A DNA stretch of 64,000 nt, from positions 1 through 64,000 of the IMG/VR virus record IMGVR_UViG_3300027763_000032, one strand, 5' to 3'. This document shows, in pieces, positions 1-9,143 of this stretch; the stretch's first letter is position 1, and each line of letters begins with the position of its first letter. Source of the stretch: a virus. Below the pieces are notes generated by a model. The model was not told the DNA's origin. It saw only the letters and a program-made list of their open reading frames with translations, and searched no databases. The translations under genes were made by a program, and so were the position numbers.

Positions 1-102
1 CCTGCATTTCTAAATCGTATTTTGAGTAATTTAACCGATGAACAAGCACCTGCAATTTTACCATTAATTGTTGCACAATTTCCAGGAGTAGAAATAAAAT
101 GA
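1..102 (+). CDS. 3' end of a hypothetical protein (partial)
   Basis: Open frame from base 1 (PAFLNRIL...GVEIK) ends in TGA that overlaps the next ATG (ATGA at 99-102). Confidence 0.6.
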   Translation, partial: PAFLNRILSNLTDEQAPAILPLIVAQFPGVEIK

Positions 103-329
103 AAGTAGTTAGCATATCAGATAAGAGTAAAGAAAAAAAGAAAGCGGATCTTTTAGAGATTCTTGATCATCTACGTGCCCAAGTAGAAGAAGGCACCATA
201 ACAGAGTTTGTGGCCGCAAGCATAGACGAAGACGGTGACGTACAAATACATGCGGCCTGTGCAGATTTTCCGGGTGCGGTTGGCCTGTTTGAAATTGGTA
301 AACACATTCTAATTACACAGGACGCATAA
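99..329 (+). CDS. hypothetical protein
   Basis: 76-aa ORF coupled to both neighbours (ATGA, TAATG overlaps); GGAG upstream. Confidence 0.75.
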   Translation: MKVVSISDKSKEKKKADLLEILDHLRAQVEEGTITEFVAASIDEDGDVQIHAACADFPGAVGLFEIGKHILITQDA

Positions 330-1027
330 TGGCCAGCTTGAAAGACATGCCATTTACAGTAGTAGAGGCATTGACCTTTGCCTGTTGTATCTATAGGGAA
401 AAAGGCTATACCAGCACCAGCAGTTATACAGCAGGGGATCAGCAGAGTTATACTAACAAGGACATGCTGACCTTTGAACTCTTGCCGCAATTGGCTGGTA
501 GTACATATCTCTTAAAGTTTACACCTACAGTAGAAGACATTGATCAAGCATTAGCCATTATCAAACACTTTCGCAAACTTAGCTTTGGCGTTATTGGTGA
601 CACACTTAATGACTATATGGGTAGAGTCTTTGGTGTTACTCAAAACGAAAATATTACTATGAAGGATTTTGGAGTATTGGCAAGCGTTCCCCAAGTCTAT
701 GATCGTGAGATTAACGAGAAACAGGTCAAGGCCGCAATTAAAGATACAGTAAAAGCCTATCTAGGACAGGAAGGGGATACCATTGTACTTAACATTCGGT
801 ATATACAAAGCAAGCCTGTGCCACAGATTGGATGTTTTAGCCATACTGCCATAACCGATGGCAACTATTTGGTGAGTTTTTTGAGCAAAGAATTGTTGGG
901 TATTGCAGGATCTAGCCAACAAATACGAGCCAAAGTAAAGAAACATTCGGTAAACTTTACCTCCAAAACACCCGAAACACAGTTAAATTATGTCAAAGTA
1001 CTTGACAGAGAGTTTGTTTGGCTGTAA
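329..1027 (+). CDS. conserved phage hypothetical protein
   Basis: 232-aa ORF, TAATG coupling; no recognisable motif. Confidence 0.75.
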   Translation: MASLKDMPFTVVEALTFACCIYREKGYTSTSSYTAGDQQSYTNKDMLTFELLPQLAGSTYLLKFTPTVEDIDQALAIIKHFRKLSFGVIGDTLNDYMGRVFGVTQNENITMKDFGVLASVPQVYDREINEKQVKAAIKDTVKAYLGQEGDTIVLNIRYIQSKPVPQIGCFSHTAITDGNYLVSFLSKELLGIAGSSQQIRAKVKKHSVNFTSKTPETQLNYVKVLDREFVWL

Positions 1028-1030
1028 AAT
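1002..1030 (+). promoter_or_regulatory. sigma70-type (early) promoter
   Basis: TTGACA(1002-1007)-17 nt-TAAAAT(1025-1030) upstream of the ligase. Confidence 0.75.
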
Positions 1031-1054
1031 ATAATTTTAAACAGAAGGAATATC

Positions 1055-2377
1055 ATGAGCGATCCTTGCTACACAGTTATTAGTACCTTAGAAGACCACC
1101 CTAGTCGTTTGAATAAAGAAGCCATTGTTTTGGCACAAGCTGAAATGGCCAATGATGAGTTTTTTCAAGGATGCCGATTAGCTTTGGATCCAATGATTAC
1201 TTTTGGGGTTAAACAAGTTCCGGAGAAAAAAGATGAAGACGGCCCTGGGTTCAATTGGGATAGTTTTATTGTGCTTGCTGGCAACCTACGCGATCGTAAC
1301 CTCACCGGCCACGATGCTCGCGATGCCATTGCTGAAGCTGTAAAGCTGTCAACTAAGAATGAATGGAATGGATGGTATCGACGAATCCTTATTAAGGACT
1401 TGCGCTGTGGTACTAGTGAAAAGACTATCAATAAAGTAGTGGAAAAGAAATATGCTAGTTACGCTATTCCTGTATTCGGTTGTCAGCTTGCTCACGATAG
1501 TGCTAATCATGAGTCTAAGGTATCGGGCAAAAAACTTATCGAAGTTAAACTCGACGGAGTTAGAGTCATTACTATTGTTCGTAGTGATGGTCGGGTGGAT
1601 ATGTTCAGTCGAAATGGTAAAGAACTTGCTAATTTTCCACACGTTATAGAACAGATTAGTTCAGTTGTTAAAAAAGCGCCACCTAAGTATGATCTAGTAT
1701 TAGATGGTGAAATTATGTCTAGCAGTTTTCAGGACTTGATGACACAGGTGCATCGCAAAAGTGATGTCAAAGCCAATGATGCAATTTTGAATCTATTTGA
1801 CATGTGCCCATTGAGTAACTTTGAACAAGGTAGTTGGGATAAAAGTCAGACAGTTCGCAGCCAAATGGTGCAGGCTTGGGTGGAGAAGAATCACTTAGAC
1901 TTGCCTAATGTCACGTGCCTTGCTAACGAACTAGTTGATTTAGATACTAGCGAAGGTCAATTACGTTACAAAGAAATTAATGCACAGGCAGTAGCAGGTG
2001 GCTACGAAGGCATTATGATCAAAGATCCAGAAGCTGGATACGAATGTAAGCGTAGTGTAGCCTGGCTCAAGTTAAAACCATTTATTGAAGTTTCATTGGA
2101 GGTTAAAGATGTTGAAGAAGGTACAGGAAAAAATATTGGACGTCTTGGCGCATTGGTATGTGAAGGCATCGATGACGGCAAGTCAATTCGGGTCAATGTT
2201 GGAAGTGGTTTTACTGACGACAATCGCATTGATTATTGGTGTAGTCGGGATCTTATTCCTGGTAACATCGTAGAAGTCCGTGCTGATGCAGTAACACAGA
2301 ATCAGGATGGCACTTACAGTTTGCGATTCCCACGTTTTAAGGGCTTCCGTGGTTTTGAAGTAGGAGAGAAAATATGA
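1055..2377 (+). CDS. lig: ATP-dependent DNA ligase (T4 gp30-like)
   Basis: Motif I EVKLDGVR, motif III VLDGEI, motif IV YEGIMIK, motif V WLKLKP, OB domain VGSGF...SLRFPRF. Confidence 0.95.
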   Translation: MSDPCYTVISTLEDHPSRLNKEAIVLAQAEMANDEFFQGCRLALDPMITFGVKQVPEKKDEDGPGFNWDSFIVLAGNLRDRNLTGHDARDAIAEAVKLSTKNEWNGWYRRILIKDLRCGTSEKTINKVVEKKYASYAIPVFGCQLAHDSANHESKVSGKKLIEVKLDGVRVITIVRSDGRVDMFSRNGKELANFPHVIEQISSVVKKAPPKYDLVLDGEIMSSSFQDLMTQVHRKSDVKANDAILNLFDMCPLSNFEQGSWDKSQTVRSQMVQAWVEKNHLDLPNVTCLANELVDLDTSEGQLRYKEINAQAVAGGYEGIMIKDPEAGYECKRSVAWLKLKPFIEVSLEVKDVEEGTGKNIGRLGALVCEGIDDGKSIRVNVGSGFTDDNRIDYWCSRDLIPGNIVEVRADAVTQNQDGTYSLRFPRFKGFRGFEVGEKI

Positions 2378-2574
2378 CAGAGATAAGCAGAGTCACTGCT
2401 CAAAATACAGAAATATATCGACAGACAGAAATTAAAAAGCTGGACAAGCGGCACGAAGAACTTCGCATAGAAGAACAGCGTGTTAGGCTCAATCTCAAAG
2501 CTAACGAAGAAGCAAGACTTGATATGAATCGCCGGATGAATCGCCCGGGACAAAACGTAGATAAAATGGCATGA
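2374..2574 (+). CDS. hypothetical protein
   Basis: 66-aa charged ORF with ATGA coupling and AGGAG RBS. Confidence 0.65.
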   Translation: MTEISRVTAQNTEIYRQTEIKKLDKRHEELRIEEQRVRLNLKANEEARLDMNRRMNRPGQNVDKMA

Positions 2575-2795
2575 ATATAACAGCTCATCAAAGTAACATT
2601 AAGACCATCCGACAAGGTGATCCTAAGTTTACACTCAAAGACAAGTTTGTTACCTGTCCACGAGCCGGTTTTGAGATTAACGAAAAGTGCCCAACCGAAT
2701 ATCGGCAGATGTTAATGACTGCTCTAGACCTTGGTTGGATTAAACCTGTAGCACATATGTATGGAAAAGAACTAACAATGGACGCCCTAAGATGA
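2571..2795 (+). CDS. hypothetical protein
   Basis: 74-aa ORF with ATGA coupling on both sides. Confidence 0.7.
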   Translation: MNITAHQSNIKTIRQGDPKFTLKDKFVTCPRAGFEINEKCPTEYRQMLMTALDLGWIKPVAHMYGKELTMDALR

Positions 2796-3382
2796 AACAA
2801 GAACTAGATAACCTGTTGTGCGAGAAATATCCAAAGATGATGGTGAACCGCAACAAGAACATGCAGGAAACTTGTATGTGTTGGGGCTTTGAATGTGGCG
2901 ATGGCTGGTTCAATATTTTAGATCAGCTAATGGGCAATATCCAACACCATATTGATTGGAAAGAGAAACAAAAAAAGTGGGCTATCGATTACAACGAAAT
3001 GGCCGCGCAGGCCAAGGCTGGTAACTTTGATCTGTTCGAAGAAACTATGAAGGCCTTGCCCAACGATGAATACAAAGAAAAGCGTCTAGCAGAAATCGTA
3101 GCTGATGATTTTAGAACTGTACCCGAGTCAATTCCACAAGTGACCTTGGATCAAGTCAAAGAAAAGTTTGGCACACTACGTTTCTACTACAGCGGCGGTG
3201 ACGATTATATCAGCGGTATGGTATCATTGGCAGAAAGCATGAGTGGGGTTACTTGCGAAGGCTGTGGCAACATTGGTGAACGCCGAGGTGGCGGTTGGGT
3301 GCATACCTATTGTACACCATGTGAAGAAAATCGCGAAGCCGAACGTGCTAGTTACGCAAAGCAAAATGGCTTTGAAGAATGA
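2792..3382 (+). CDS. conserved phage protein (QVKEKFGTLRFY motif, C-terminal CxxC...C)
   Basis: 196 aa; ECGDGW and QVKEKFGTLRFY motifs common in phage hypotheticals. Confidence 0.8.
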   Translation: MKQELDNLLCEKYPKMMVNRNKNMQETCMCWGFECGDGWFNILDQLMGNIQHHIDWKEKQKKWAIDYNEMAAQAKAGNFDLFEETMKALPNDEYKEKRLAEIVADDFRTVPESIPQVTLDQVKEKFGTLRFYYSGGDDYISGMVSLAESMSGVTCEGCGNIGERRGGGWVHTYCTPCEENREAERASYAKQNGFEE

Positions 3383-3719
3383 TGCACAGGGGCATTTAGG
3401 TGCCATACCAAAAGAGCCCACGTTTGAAGTAATGGTAATAGATGGATTTGCACATCGAATCCACAAAACTGTGGTACATAGATTCACAATGGGCGATGTT
3501 GAAGATCCAGACTTGTATGCGGCTGAACCATTACTGGCTTGGCAACATAGTGAAATGGGCAAATGGATTATGGCTAGAGCAGTTGACACGCCCGAATGGC
3601 ACAGAATGGCAGACATAATGAACTATGGTTACCAATATGCCGTTGTTGCCAAACTAAAAGAAAAAGATTACACCTATTGGGTCCTTAAGTGGGCCAATGA
3701 CATTGACAAGAAACGTTAA
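3366..3719 (+). CDS. hypothetical protein
   Basis: Likely start is ATG 3366 (MALKNDAQ) rather than 3243, which lies deep in the upstream gene. Confidence 0.65.
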   Translation: MALKNDAQGHLGAIPKEPTFEVMVIDGFAHRIHKTVVHRFTMGDVEDPDLYAAEPLLAWQHSEMGKWIMARAVDTPEWHRMADIMNYGYQYAVVAKLKEKDYTYWVLKWANDIDKKR

Positions 3720-3731
3720 ATGTAGTATAAT
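3703..3731 (+). promoter_or_regulatory. sigma70-type promoter (perfect consensus)
   Basis: TTGACA(3703-3708)-17 nt-TATAAT(3726-3731). Confidence 0.85.
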
Positions 3732-3737
3732 ACTAAT

Positions 3738-4598
3738 ATGAAAATCAAACTTGTATCAGACTTGCACTTGGAGTTTAGTGATATCAACATCACTAATGAC
3801 GACAACTGTGATGTCCTTATTCTAGGCGGCGACATTATGATCGCACAGGATCTACACGATCATCCAGAACCAAACAATACTGCCGATCAGGCCGCCATTG
3901 CCAACGGCACCGGTCTAGGTCGTAGACAGCAGGCCTCTCAAAGATATCGTGACTTCTTAAAGCGTTGTAGTTTTCAATTTTCGCATGTAATTTATATTGC
4001 CGGAAACCATGAATTTTACAATGGCAAGTTCTATGCTGGTATTGACTACCTGCGTGAAGAGTGCGCCAAATATCCTAATGTCTACTTTTTAGAATGTGAC
4101 ACTAAGGTCATTGATGATGTGACATTCATCGGTGGTACACTTTGGACTGACATGAATAAAGGTGATCCGTTGACCATGCATGCCATTGAAGGTATGATGA
4201 ATGACTTCCGTATCATTAAAAACGACAAGCGTAACTATGCTTCGATGAGTGCTAGAGACGTTGCAGGACGTCATGCTCGTACATTGGCTTACTTTAGAAG
4301 TGTACTTGCAGAACAACATGACAAAAAGTTTGTTGTGGTTGGGCATCACAGTCCTAGTTTCCAAAGTATGCATCCAAGCTATGCCCACGAAACACTGATG
4401 AATGGCGGCTATCACAGTGACTTGAGTGAATTCATTATGGATCATCCACAGATTAAACTGTGGACACATGGACATACTCATCATCCGTTTGATTATGTCA
4501 TAGGAGAAACTCGTGTGGTATGTAATCCGCGCGGTTATGAAAACGATGGTTACAGCGAAGACACAGGTTGGAACCCTAATATTGTATTGGAAGTATAA
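3738..4598 (+). CDS. calcineurin-like metallophosphoesterase
   Basis: SDLH, LGGD, AGNHE, GHH, HGHTH motifs. Confidence 0.92.
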   Translation: MKIKLVSDLHLEFSDINITNDDNCDVLILGGDIMIAQDLHDHPEPNNTADQAAIANGTGLGRRQQASQRYRDFLKRCSFQFSHVIYIAGNHEFYNGKFYAGIDYLREECAKYPNVYFLECDTKVIDDVTFIGGTLWTDMNKGDPLTMHAIEGMMNDFRIIKNDKRNYASMSARDVAGRHARTLAYFRSVLAEQHDKKFVVVGHHSPSFQSMHPSYAHETLMNGGYHSDLSEFIMDHPQIKLWTHGHTHHPFDYVIGETRVVCNPRGYENDGYSEDTGWNPNIVLEV

Positions 4599-5038
4599 TG
4601 AAAATTGGACTTAGTTATAGCCGTTGCGTTAGAGATATTGTCGACGGCAAAGTAGACATTGATGATGTACTAGTATTGATTACTCGTACAGATTTTGATC
4701 CGCATGATGATGAACAGTGGAGGGGTATATGGATTGGCTATGGCGGTGGTACAGAAAATGCTTACTCAAATGGATTCTTTAGTCACAGCAATCCAGAATG
4801 GGCTGGCTACGACGATGAGGATCTATTCCGCTCAGTGAGTATTGAACTTTGGGAAAGAGGCCTGTTGCATCAGCCACGCAAGTTTGGTGCTCACCCCAGA
4901 CGTCGTCCAGAAATTTGGCTAGAAGCCGTGTTGCCTAGCAGTGAGCTAGATCGTAACCCTGCGGCCAAGACTGCATGGGATAAATTTCAAATGATTGCAG
5001 GATTGACTAACGTAGAGTTAGACGACAAGTACAAATGA
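4598..5038 (+). CDS. conserved phage hypothetical protein
   Basis: 146-aa ORF, TAATG/ATGA coupling. Confidence 0.75.
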   Translation: MKIGLSYSRCVRDIVDGKVDIDDVLVLITRTDFDPHDDEQWRGIWIGYGGGTENAYSNGFFSHSNPEWAGYDDEDLFRSVSIELWERGLLHQPRKFGAHPRRRPEIWLEAVLPSSELDRNPAAKTAWDKFQMIAGLTNVELDDKYK

Positions 5039-5403
5039 TTAAAGGTTTAATGGGTACCACAGGTTTAACAGTAAGTGGCGGTGACACTAGCCTGCCTTAT
5101 GTTAATCAAAATCCTAACAACCCTATACAAGGTATGATACGTATTAACATGACAGCGTTGGAAGTGTTTAATGGTACCTCTTGGCAGTCATTGCCCAGCA
5201 GTTATGCCACTGTAAGTTTAGATCAAGAAGTTCTAGATGTTATCCAATGGGCTAGAACTCAACGTACTATGGCCATGAATCGTTTAACCCTTGCTCAAAA
5301 AAATCCTGCACTAATGAAAGCCCTCGAAGCTGTTAAACGTGCAGAAGATAATTTTGAGTTACTGTCAACTATTGCCGGAGAATACGAGCATGTCGAACGT
5401 TAA
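5035..5403 (+). CDS. hypothetical protein
   Basis: 122-aa coupled ORF; GMIRINMTALEVFNGTSW resembles the fibre GQIRFN...EGYNGSGW module. Confidence 0.7.
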   Translation: MIKGLMGTTGLTVSGGDTSLPYVNQNPNNPIQGMIRINMTALEVFNGTSWQSLPSSYATVSLDQEVLDVIQWARTQRTMAMNRLTLAQKNPALMKALEAVKRAEDNFELLSTIAGEYEHVER

Positions 5404-5626
5404 AATTAGATACGATGATCACTGTAGTGTTAAAAACGTTGCAAGTGGTAAAAGTGTAGAAGCTGAAATATTAGCCTTTAATGAAGGACGTAATCTAACA
5501 GTAGTTTTGAATAAGAGTGTAAAGGTTCTTATGAACTGGAATGGTCGTATGTACGAAGGTCGTATGGCTGGTATGGATTTTACAAGCAATGGTCCTAAGG
5601 GTCAACAATATTCGGAGGGAAGATGA
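5390..5626 (+). CDS. hypothetical protein
   Basis: Start at ATG 5390 (MSNVKIRY) with GGAG upstream; 78 aa. Confidence 0.7.
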   Translation: MSNVKIRYDDHCSVKNVASGKSVEAEILAFNEGRNLTVVLNKSVKVLMNWNGRMYEGRMAGMDFTSNGPKGQQYSEGR

Positions 5627-6330
5627 GTAACGTATTAGAAGTAACTGATTGGATTAAAGATTTTGAGTTAACAGCAACCTACGAAGAAAAGCCTGAGACG
5701 TATAAGTTTGATCTATTAGAAGCGGCTGTTGTTTTATATGATCATGCTCCTGCATTTTTGAGTATTGAAGAGTCCAGAGTATTAGACGCTATTGATCAAA
5801 AGATTAAAGACCGTGCAGAAGCCATTCGCAAATTCTATACCAAACAATGGTTTTGGAACTCGCTGTCTAGTAATAGAAGTCTTAGTCCATTTCGACAACG
5901 TGCTCACTATCTACTTGAAAGCCGGACTCGAGAAGTTACAAAGAGAGATATAGGTATATACGTAAAACTGCCGTGGTTCTACGAGGAAGATATGATCTAT
6001 AACGAATTTAAAAAGACGCTAAACACAACACGAGATATCCCTACTGTTAATCACAACAGGAATAAAGTACAGATTGCTCTTACATTTCTAAAGACAACAA
6101 ACGGATGGCAGGGTAAACGTCGATCAACTCGCTATTGGTTTAAAGACGATGCAGACTATTTGTATTGCATTGATTTGGAAATGACTAATCCTCTAATGAA
6201 TATGTTTGACGAAGCAGTCAAAGAACAAATCACTTGTTTATTCGAAACACTCATTCAAACTGATCGCATTGATCAATTGTATTTTTACAAACTTAATCAA
6301 TATAAACTCTTAAAGGAAAACAATGTCTAA
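5623..6330 (+). CDS. hypothetical protein
   Basis: 235-aa coupled ORF, GGAGG RBS. Confidence 0.75.
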   Translation: MSNVLEVTDWIKDFELTATYEEKPETYKFDLLEAAVVLYDHAPAFLSIEESRVLDAIDQKIKDRAEAIRKFYTKQWFWNSLSSNRSLSPFRQRAHYLLESRTREVTKRDIGIYVKLPWFYEEDMIYNEFKKTLNTTRDIPTVNHNRNKVQIALTFLKTTNGWQGKRRSTRYWFKDDADYLYCIDLEMTNPLMNMFDEAVKEQITCLFETLIQTDRIDQLYFYKLNQYKLLKENNV

Positions 6331-6916
6331 TTTAGTACCAATGGTAGTTGAGTCTACTAGTAAAGGTGAACGTGCCTATGACATCTATAGTCGATTGCTG
6401 AAGGATCGCATTGTTATGTTAGATACGGATGTCAATGAACACTCTGCTAGTCTAGTAGTTGCACAGATGCTGTTTTTAGAAAGTGAAGATCCTAACAAGG
6501 ACATCAGTTTCTTTATTAATAGTCCAGGTGGCATTATTACTGCCGGTATGGCCATCTATGATACAATGCAGTTTATCAAATGTGATGTTCAGACCATTGT
6601 AATGGGACAGGCCTGTAGCATGGGATCATTCCTAGCACAAGCGGGTGCGGCAGGCAAGCGTAAAATACTTCCCTATGCTCGTCACATGATACATCAGCCT
6701 AGTGGCGGTGCTCGTGGTATGCAGAGCGACATCGAAATCCAATACAAAGAGATTACCAAGATGAAAACAATCTTAACTGAACTCTATGTCAAGCACAATA
6801 CTAAAGGCAAGACCTACGGGGACTTTGAACGTGATATGGATCGCGATACCTTTATGTCAGCACAAGAGTCACTAGACTACGGATTGTGTGACGAAATTAT
6901 TACCAAGCGTCCATGA
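6323..6916 (+). CDS. clpP: ATP-dependent Clp protease proteolytic subunit
   Basis: [24 protein letters not shown] (catalytic Ser), MIHQP (His), RDTFMSA (Asp). Confidence 0.96.
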   Translation: MSNLVPMVVESTSKGERAYDIYSRLLKDRIVMLDTDVNEHSASLVVAQMLFLESEDPNKDISFFINSPGGIITAGMAIYDTMQFIKCDVQTIVMGQACSMGSFLAQAGAAGKRKILPYARHMIHQPSGGARGMQSDIEIQYKEITKMKTILTELYVKHNTKGKTYGDFERDMDRDTFMSAQESLDYGLCDEIITKRP

Positions 6917-7479
6917 CCATACTTTACCAGAATGGTTGGGAAACTGTAGAAACTTTTGACTTTAGCAGTTTAATCACTGCTAAGGATCAAAAGTTAGCTA
7001 TGGTTGATATTGAACAGGTCATTGCTAGCGGAAACTATTTTAAGAATAGTCCTCCCTATCAAACCAATATTAATATTTTTAATCACCCAGGCGAACATTG
7101 GCTAAAGTTTAGAATGAGCTTTACATTCAGTTGTTTCATGTATTTGAAGAAAGAAGTAAAAATTAATCAAATCCAGTCCTGGAGTTTTATGACTTCAAAT
7201 GCTGTTGTAGAGGATCGAGATAATCTATGGCATACTCATCAATACGGTACTGAACGAGCCCTGTCTGGAATTTGGTACTTGCACATTCCAGATGACGTTG
7301 AATCTCGTAGTCAATGCGGTACTGAGTTTGCCGTCAATGGTGTGGAGCAACCTGAACGCTGGGTTGCAGAACCACAGAACTTTAGTTGGTTAATATATCC
7401 GGGTAAACTTTGGCACAGACCAATGCCTCCACAATCAAGCAAGAATAGATTTATTATTGCCGCAGACATGATATTTTAA
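6913..7479 (+). CDS. putative 2OG-Fe(II) oxygenase
   Basis: WHTH...LSGIWYL...IYPGKLWHR...RFIIA pattern of the HxH-type 2OG-Fe(II) double-stranded beta-helix family. Confidence 0.75.
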   Translation: MTILYQNGWETVETFDFSSLITAKDQKLAMVDIEQVIASGNYFKNSPPYQTNINIFNHPGEHWLKFRMSFTFSCFMYLKKEVKINQIQSWSFMTSNAVVEDRDNLWHTHQYGTERALSGIWYLHIPDDVESRSQCGTEFAVNGVEQPERWVAEPQNFSWLIYPGKLWHRPMPPQSSKNRFIIAADMIF

Positions 7480-7486
7480 GGAACAT

Positions 7487-7792
7487 ATGACAGATATTAC
7501 AGAATTAGCAGAGTTTAATGAAACATGGTATAGTACTGCCAATGAAGAAGAACGTAAACAGTTTCGTGAATGGCTTTTAGGTGTACTCAATATGCATGAA
7601 AATGTTGAAGTTACCTTTAAAAAGGCTGACGGAACTATTCGTGAAATGAAGTGTACACTCAAAGAAGGCATCCGTCCAGAAGTCAAGGACCCAAAAACTT
7701 CAGACTCACTCTGCACAGTTTGGGCAACAGATGTCACTGCATGGCGCAGTTTCAAGTTCGAAAACATCACCAAAATCAACTTTAGCCTCTAA
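7487..7792 (+). CDS. WYL-like / SH3-fold small protein
   Basis: VTFKKADGTIREMKCTL...VWATDVTAWRSFKFENI matches the phage WYL_2-type pattern. Confidence 0.7.
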   Translation: MTDITELAEFNETWYSTANEEERKQFREWLLGVLNMHENVEVTFKKADGTIREMKCTLKEGIRPEVKDPKTSDSLCTVWATDVTAWRSFKFENITKINFSL

Positions 7793-7809
7793 GTTGAGCC
7801 CAAAAGAGC

Positions 7810-7838
7810 TTGACAAAGTGGCCGTTTGACTATATAAT
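7810..7838 (+). promoter_or_regulatory. sigma70-type promoter (perfect consensus)
   Basis: TTGACA(7810-7815)-17 nt-TATAAT(7833-7838). Confidence 0.85.
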
Positions 7839-7870
7839 ATGTTTATTGTTTAGTTAACTTAGGAGCAAAA

Positions 7871-9076
7871 ATGGCAACAAAGACAGCAACAAAAACTCGT
7901 GTAACCAAAAAGCAAGTTACAGCCCACCGTACTCGTGCAGTTAAAGATCACAGTCCTGTTTGGGAAGGTTGCGAGACTTGGGATGACAATACATTCCATC
8001 GCCATTTTAAACGCTCAATGGACTACTATCGCTTAGAAAGCGAAATTAAAACTTACAAGCCCACTGTTATCAAGTGGATGGAAACTGTAGGGTGTACCAA
8101 AGCAGACATTGCGGCTTTCAAGAAAGTCAAAGACAATCGTATTAGTACCACAATGGGTGCTGTTGCCGCCTGCTTGAATCGCGGCATGACTCCACAACGT
8201 GCTGGATTCAATAGTGGACGTGATACTGCCGCTTGGATGAGAGCGGAGATCGTTAAAGTTCTTGCTGAAGGCAAAAATGATATTGACCCGGAAACACTAG
8301 CCGCTGAAAAAGAAGCCAACAAGAAAGAAGTCTACACACCTAGCATACAAGAACGTCTGCGTGAAGTTGCTCTAGGCATGACTGAAGAACTTGAAAATGC
8401 CTATCAGGCCTTTAATGATGACCCAGAAAACTTTGATCCAAAAGCATTTAAGGTGTTGAATTTGCTCAAAGGTAAAGGCGCTAAGGCCGCACACGCTCGT
8501 ATTATCCGTGACTTCTATGCTCGTGATTTGGCAGAGCTTGAAGAACTTGCCAGCGGTAAAGCAGACGAACAGTTACGTGAAGGTTACAGTCATCGTAGCA
8601 AAAAACAAGTCAAGGCATTTATTGCGTTCTTAACTGAGATTCAAAATGCCTGCGAAATGTTGGCACAAGAAGCCAAAGTTAATCGTGCGCCACGTGCTAA
8701 GAAAGCTGTACCAGCAGAAAAGATTGTGGGCAAGCTCAAGTATATGAAGACTAACGAGCCTCTAAAACTTGTTAGTATTAACCCTGCAGATATTTTGGGT
8801 GCAAAAGAACTGTGGGTTTACAACACTAAGAACCGTAAAATTGGTCGTTATGTGGCTAAAGAGTACGGCGACCTTAGTGTAAAAGGTACTAGTATTATTA
8901 ACTTTGATGAAAATCTCAGCATACAAAAGACTGTTCGCAAGCCAGAAGATAAACTCAAAGAGTTTAAAGCCGCTGGTAAGGTTGCATTGCGTAAGTTCTT
9001 AGATGACATTAATGCTACAGATACCAAGTTAAACGGCCGTCTTAACGAAGAAACAGTACTGCTTAAGGTACAATAA
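7871..9076 (+). CDS. conserved myophage hypothetical protein (basic, helical)
   Basis: 401 aa, AGGAG RBS; C-terminal LWVYNTKNRK...QKTVRKPE...GRLNEETVLL typical of T4-like phage hypotheticals. Confidence 0.8.
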   Translation: MATKTATKTRVTKKQVTAHRTRAVKDHSPVWEGCETWDDNTFHRHFKRSMDYYRLESEIKTYKPTVIKWMETVGCTKADIAAFKKVKDNRISTTMGAVAACLNRGMTPQRAGFNSGRDTAAWMRAEIVKVLAEGKNDIDPETLAAEKEANKKEVYTPSIQERLREVALGMTEELENAYQAFNDDPENFDPKAFKVLNLLKGKGAKAAHARIIRDFYARDLAELEELASGKADEQLREGYSHRSKKQVKAFIAFLTEIQNACEMLAQEAKVNRAPRAKKAVPAEKIVGKLKYMKTNEPLKLVSINPADILGAKELWVYNTKNRKIGRYVAKEYGDLSVKGTSIINFDENLSIQKTVRKPEDKLKEFKAAGKVALRKFLDDINATDTKLNGRLNEETVLLKVQ

Positions 9077-9116
9077 AGACTGTTTATGCGTTCGTAAAAC
9101 AAGTTTACAGGCATAG

Positions 9117-9123
9117 ATAAATA
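9117..9123 (+). promoter_or_regulatory. T4-like late promoter motif ATAAATA
   Basis: 20 nt upstream of the giant fibre gene; the same motif precedes many structural genes. Confidence 0.7.
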
Positions 9124-9143
9124 CTCTAAAGTGGAGTATTTCT

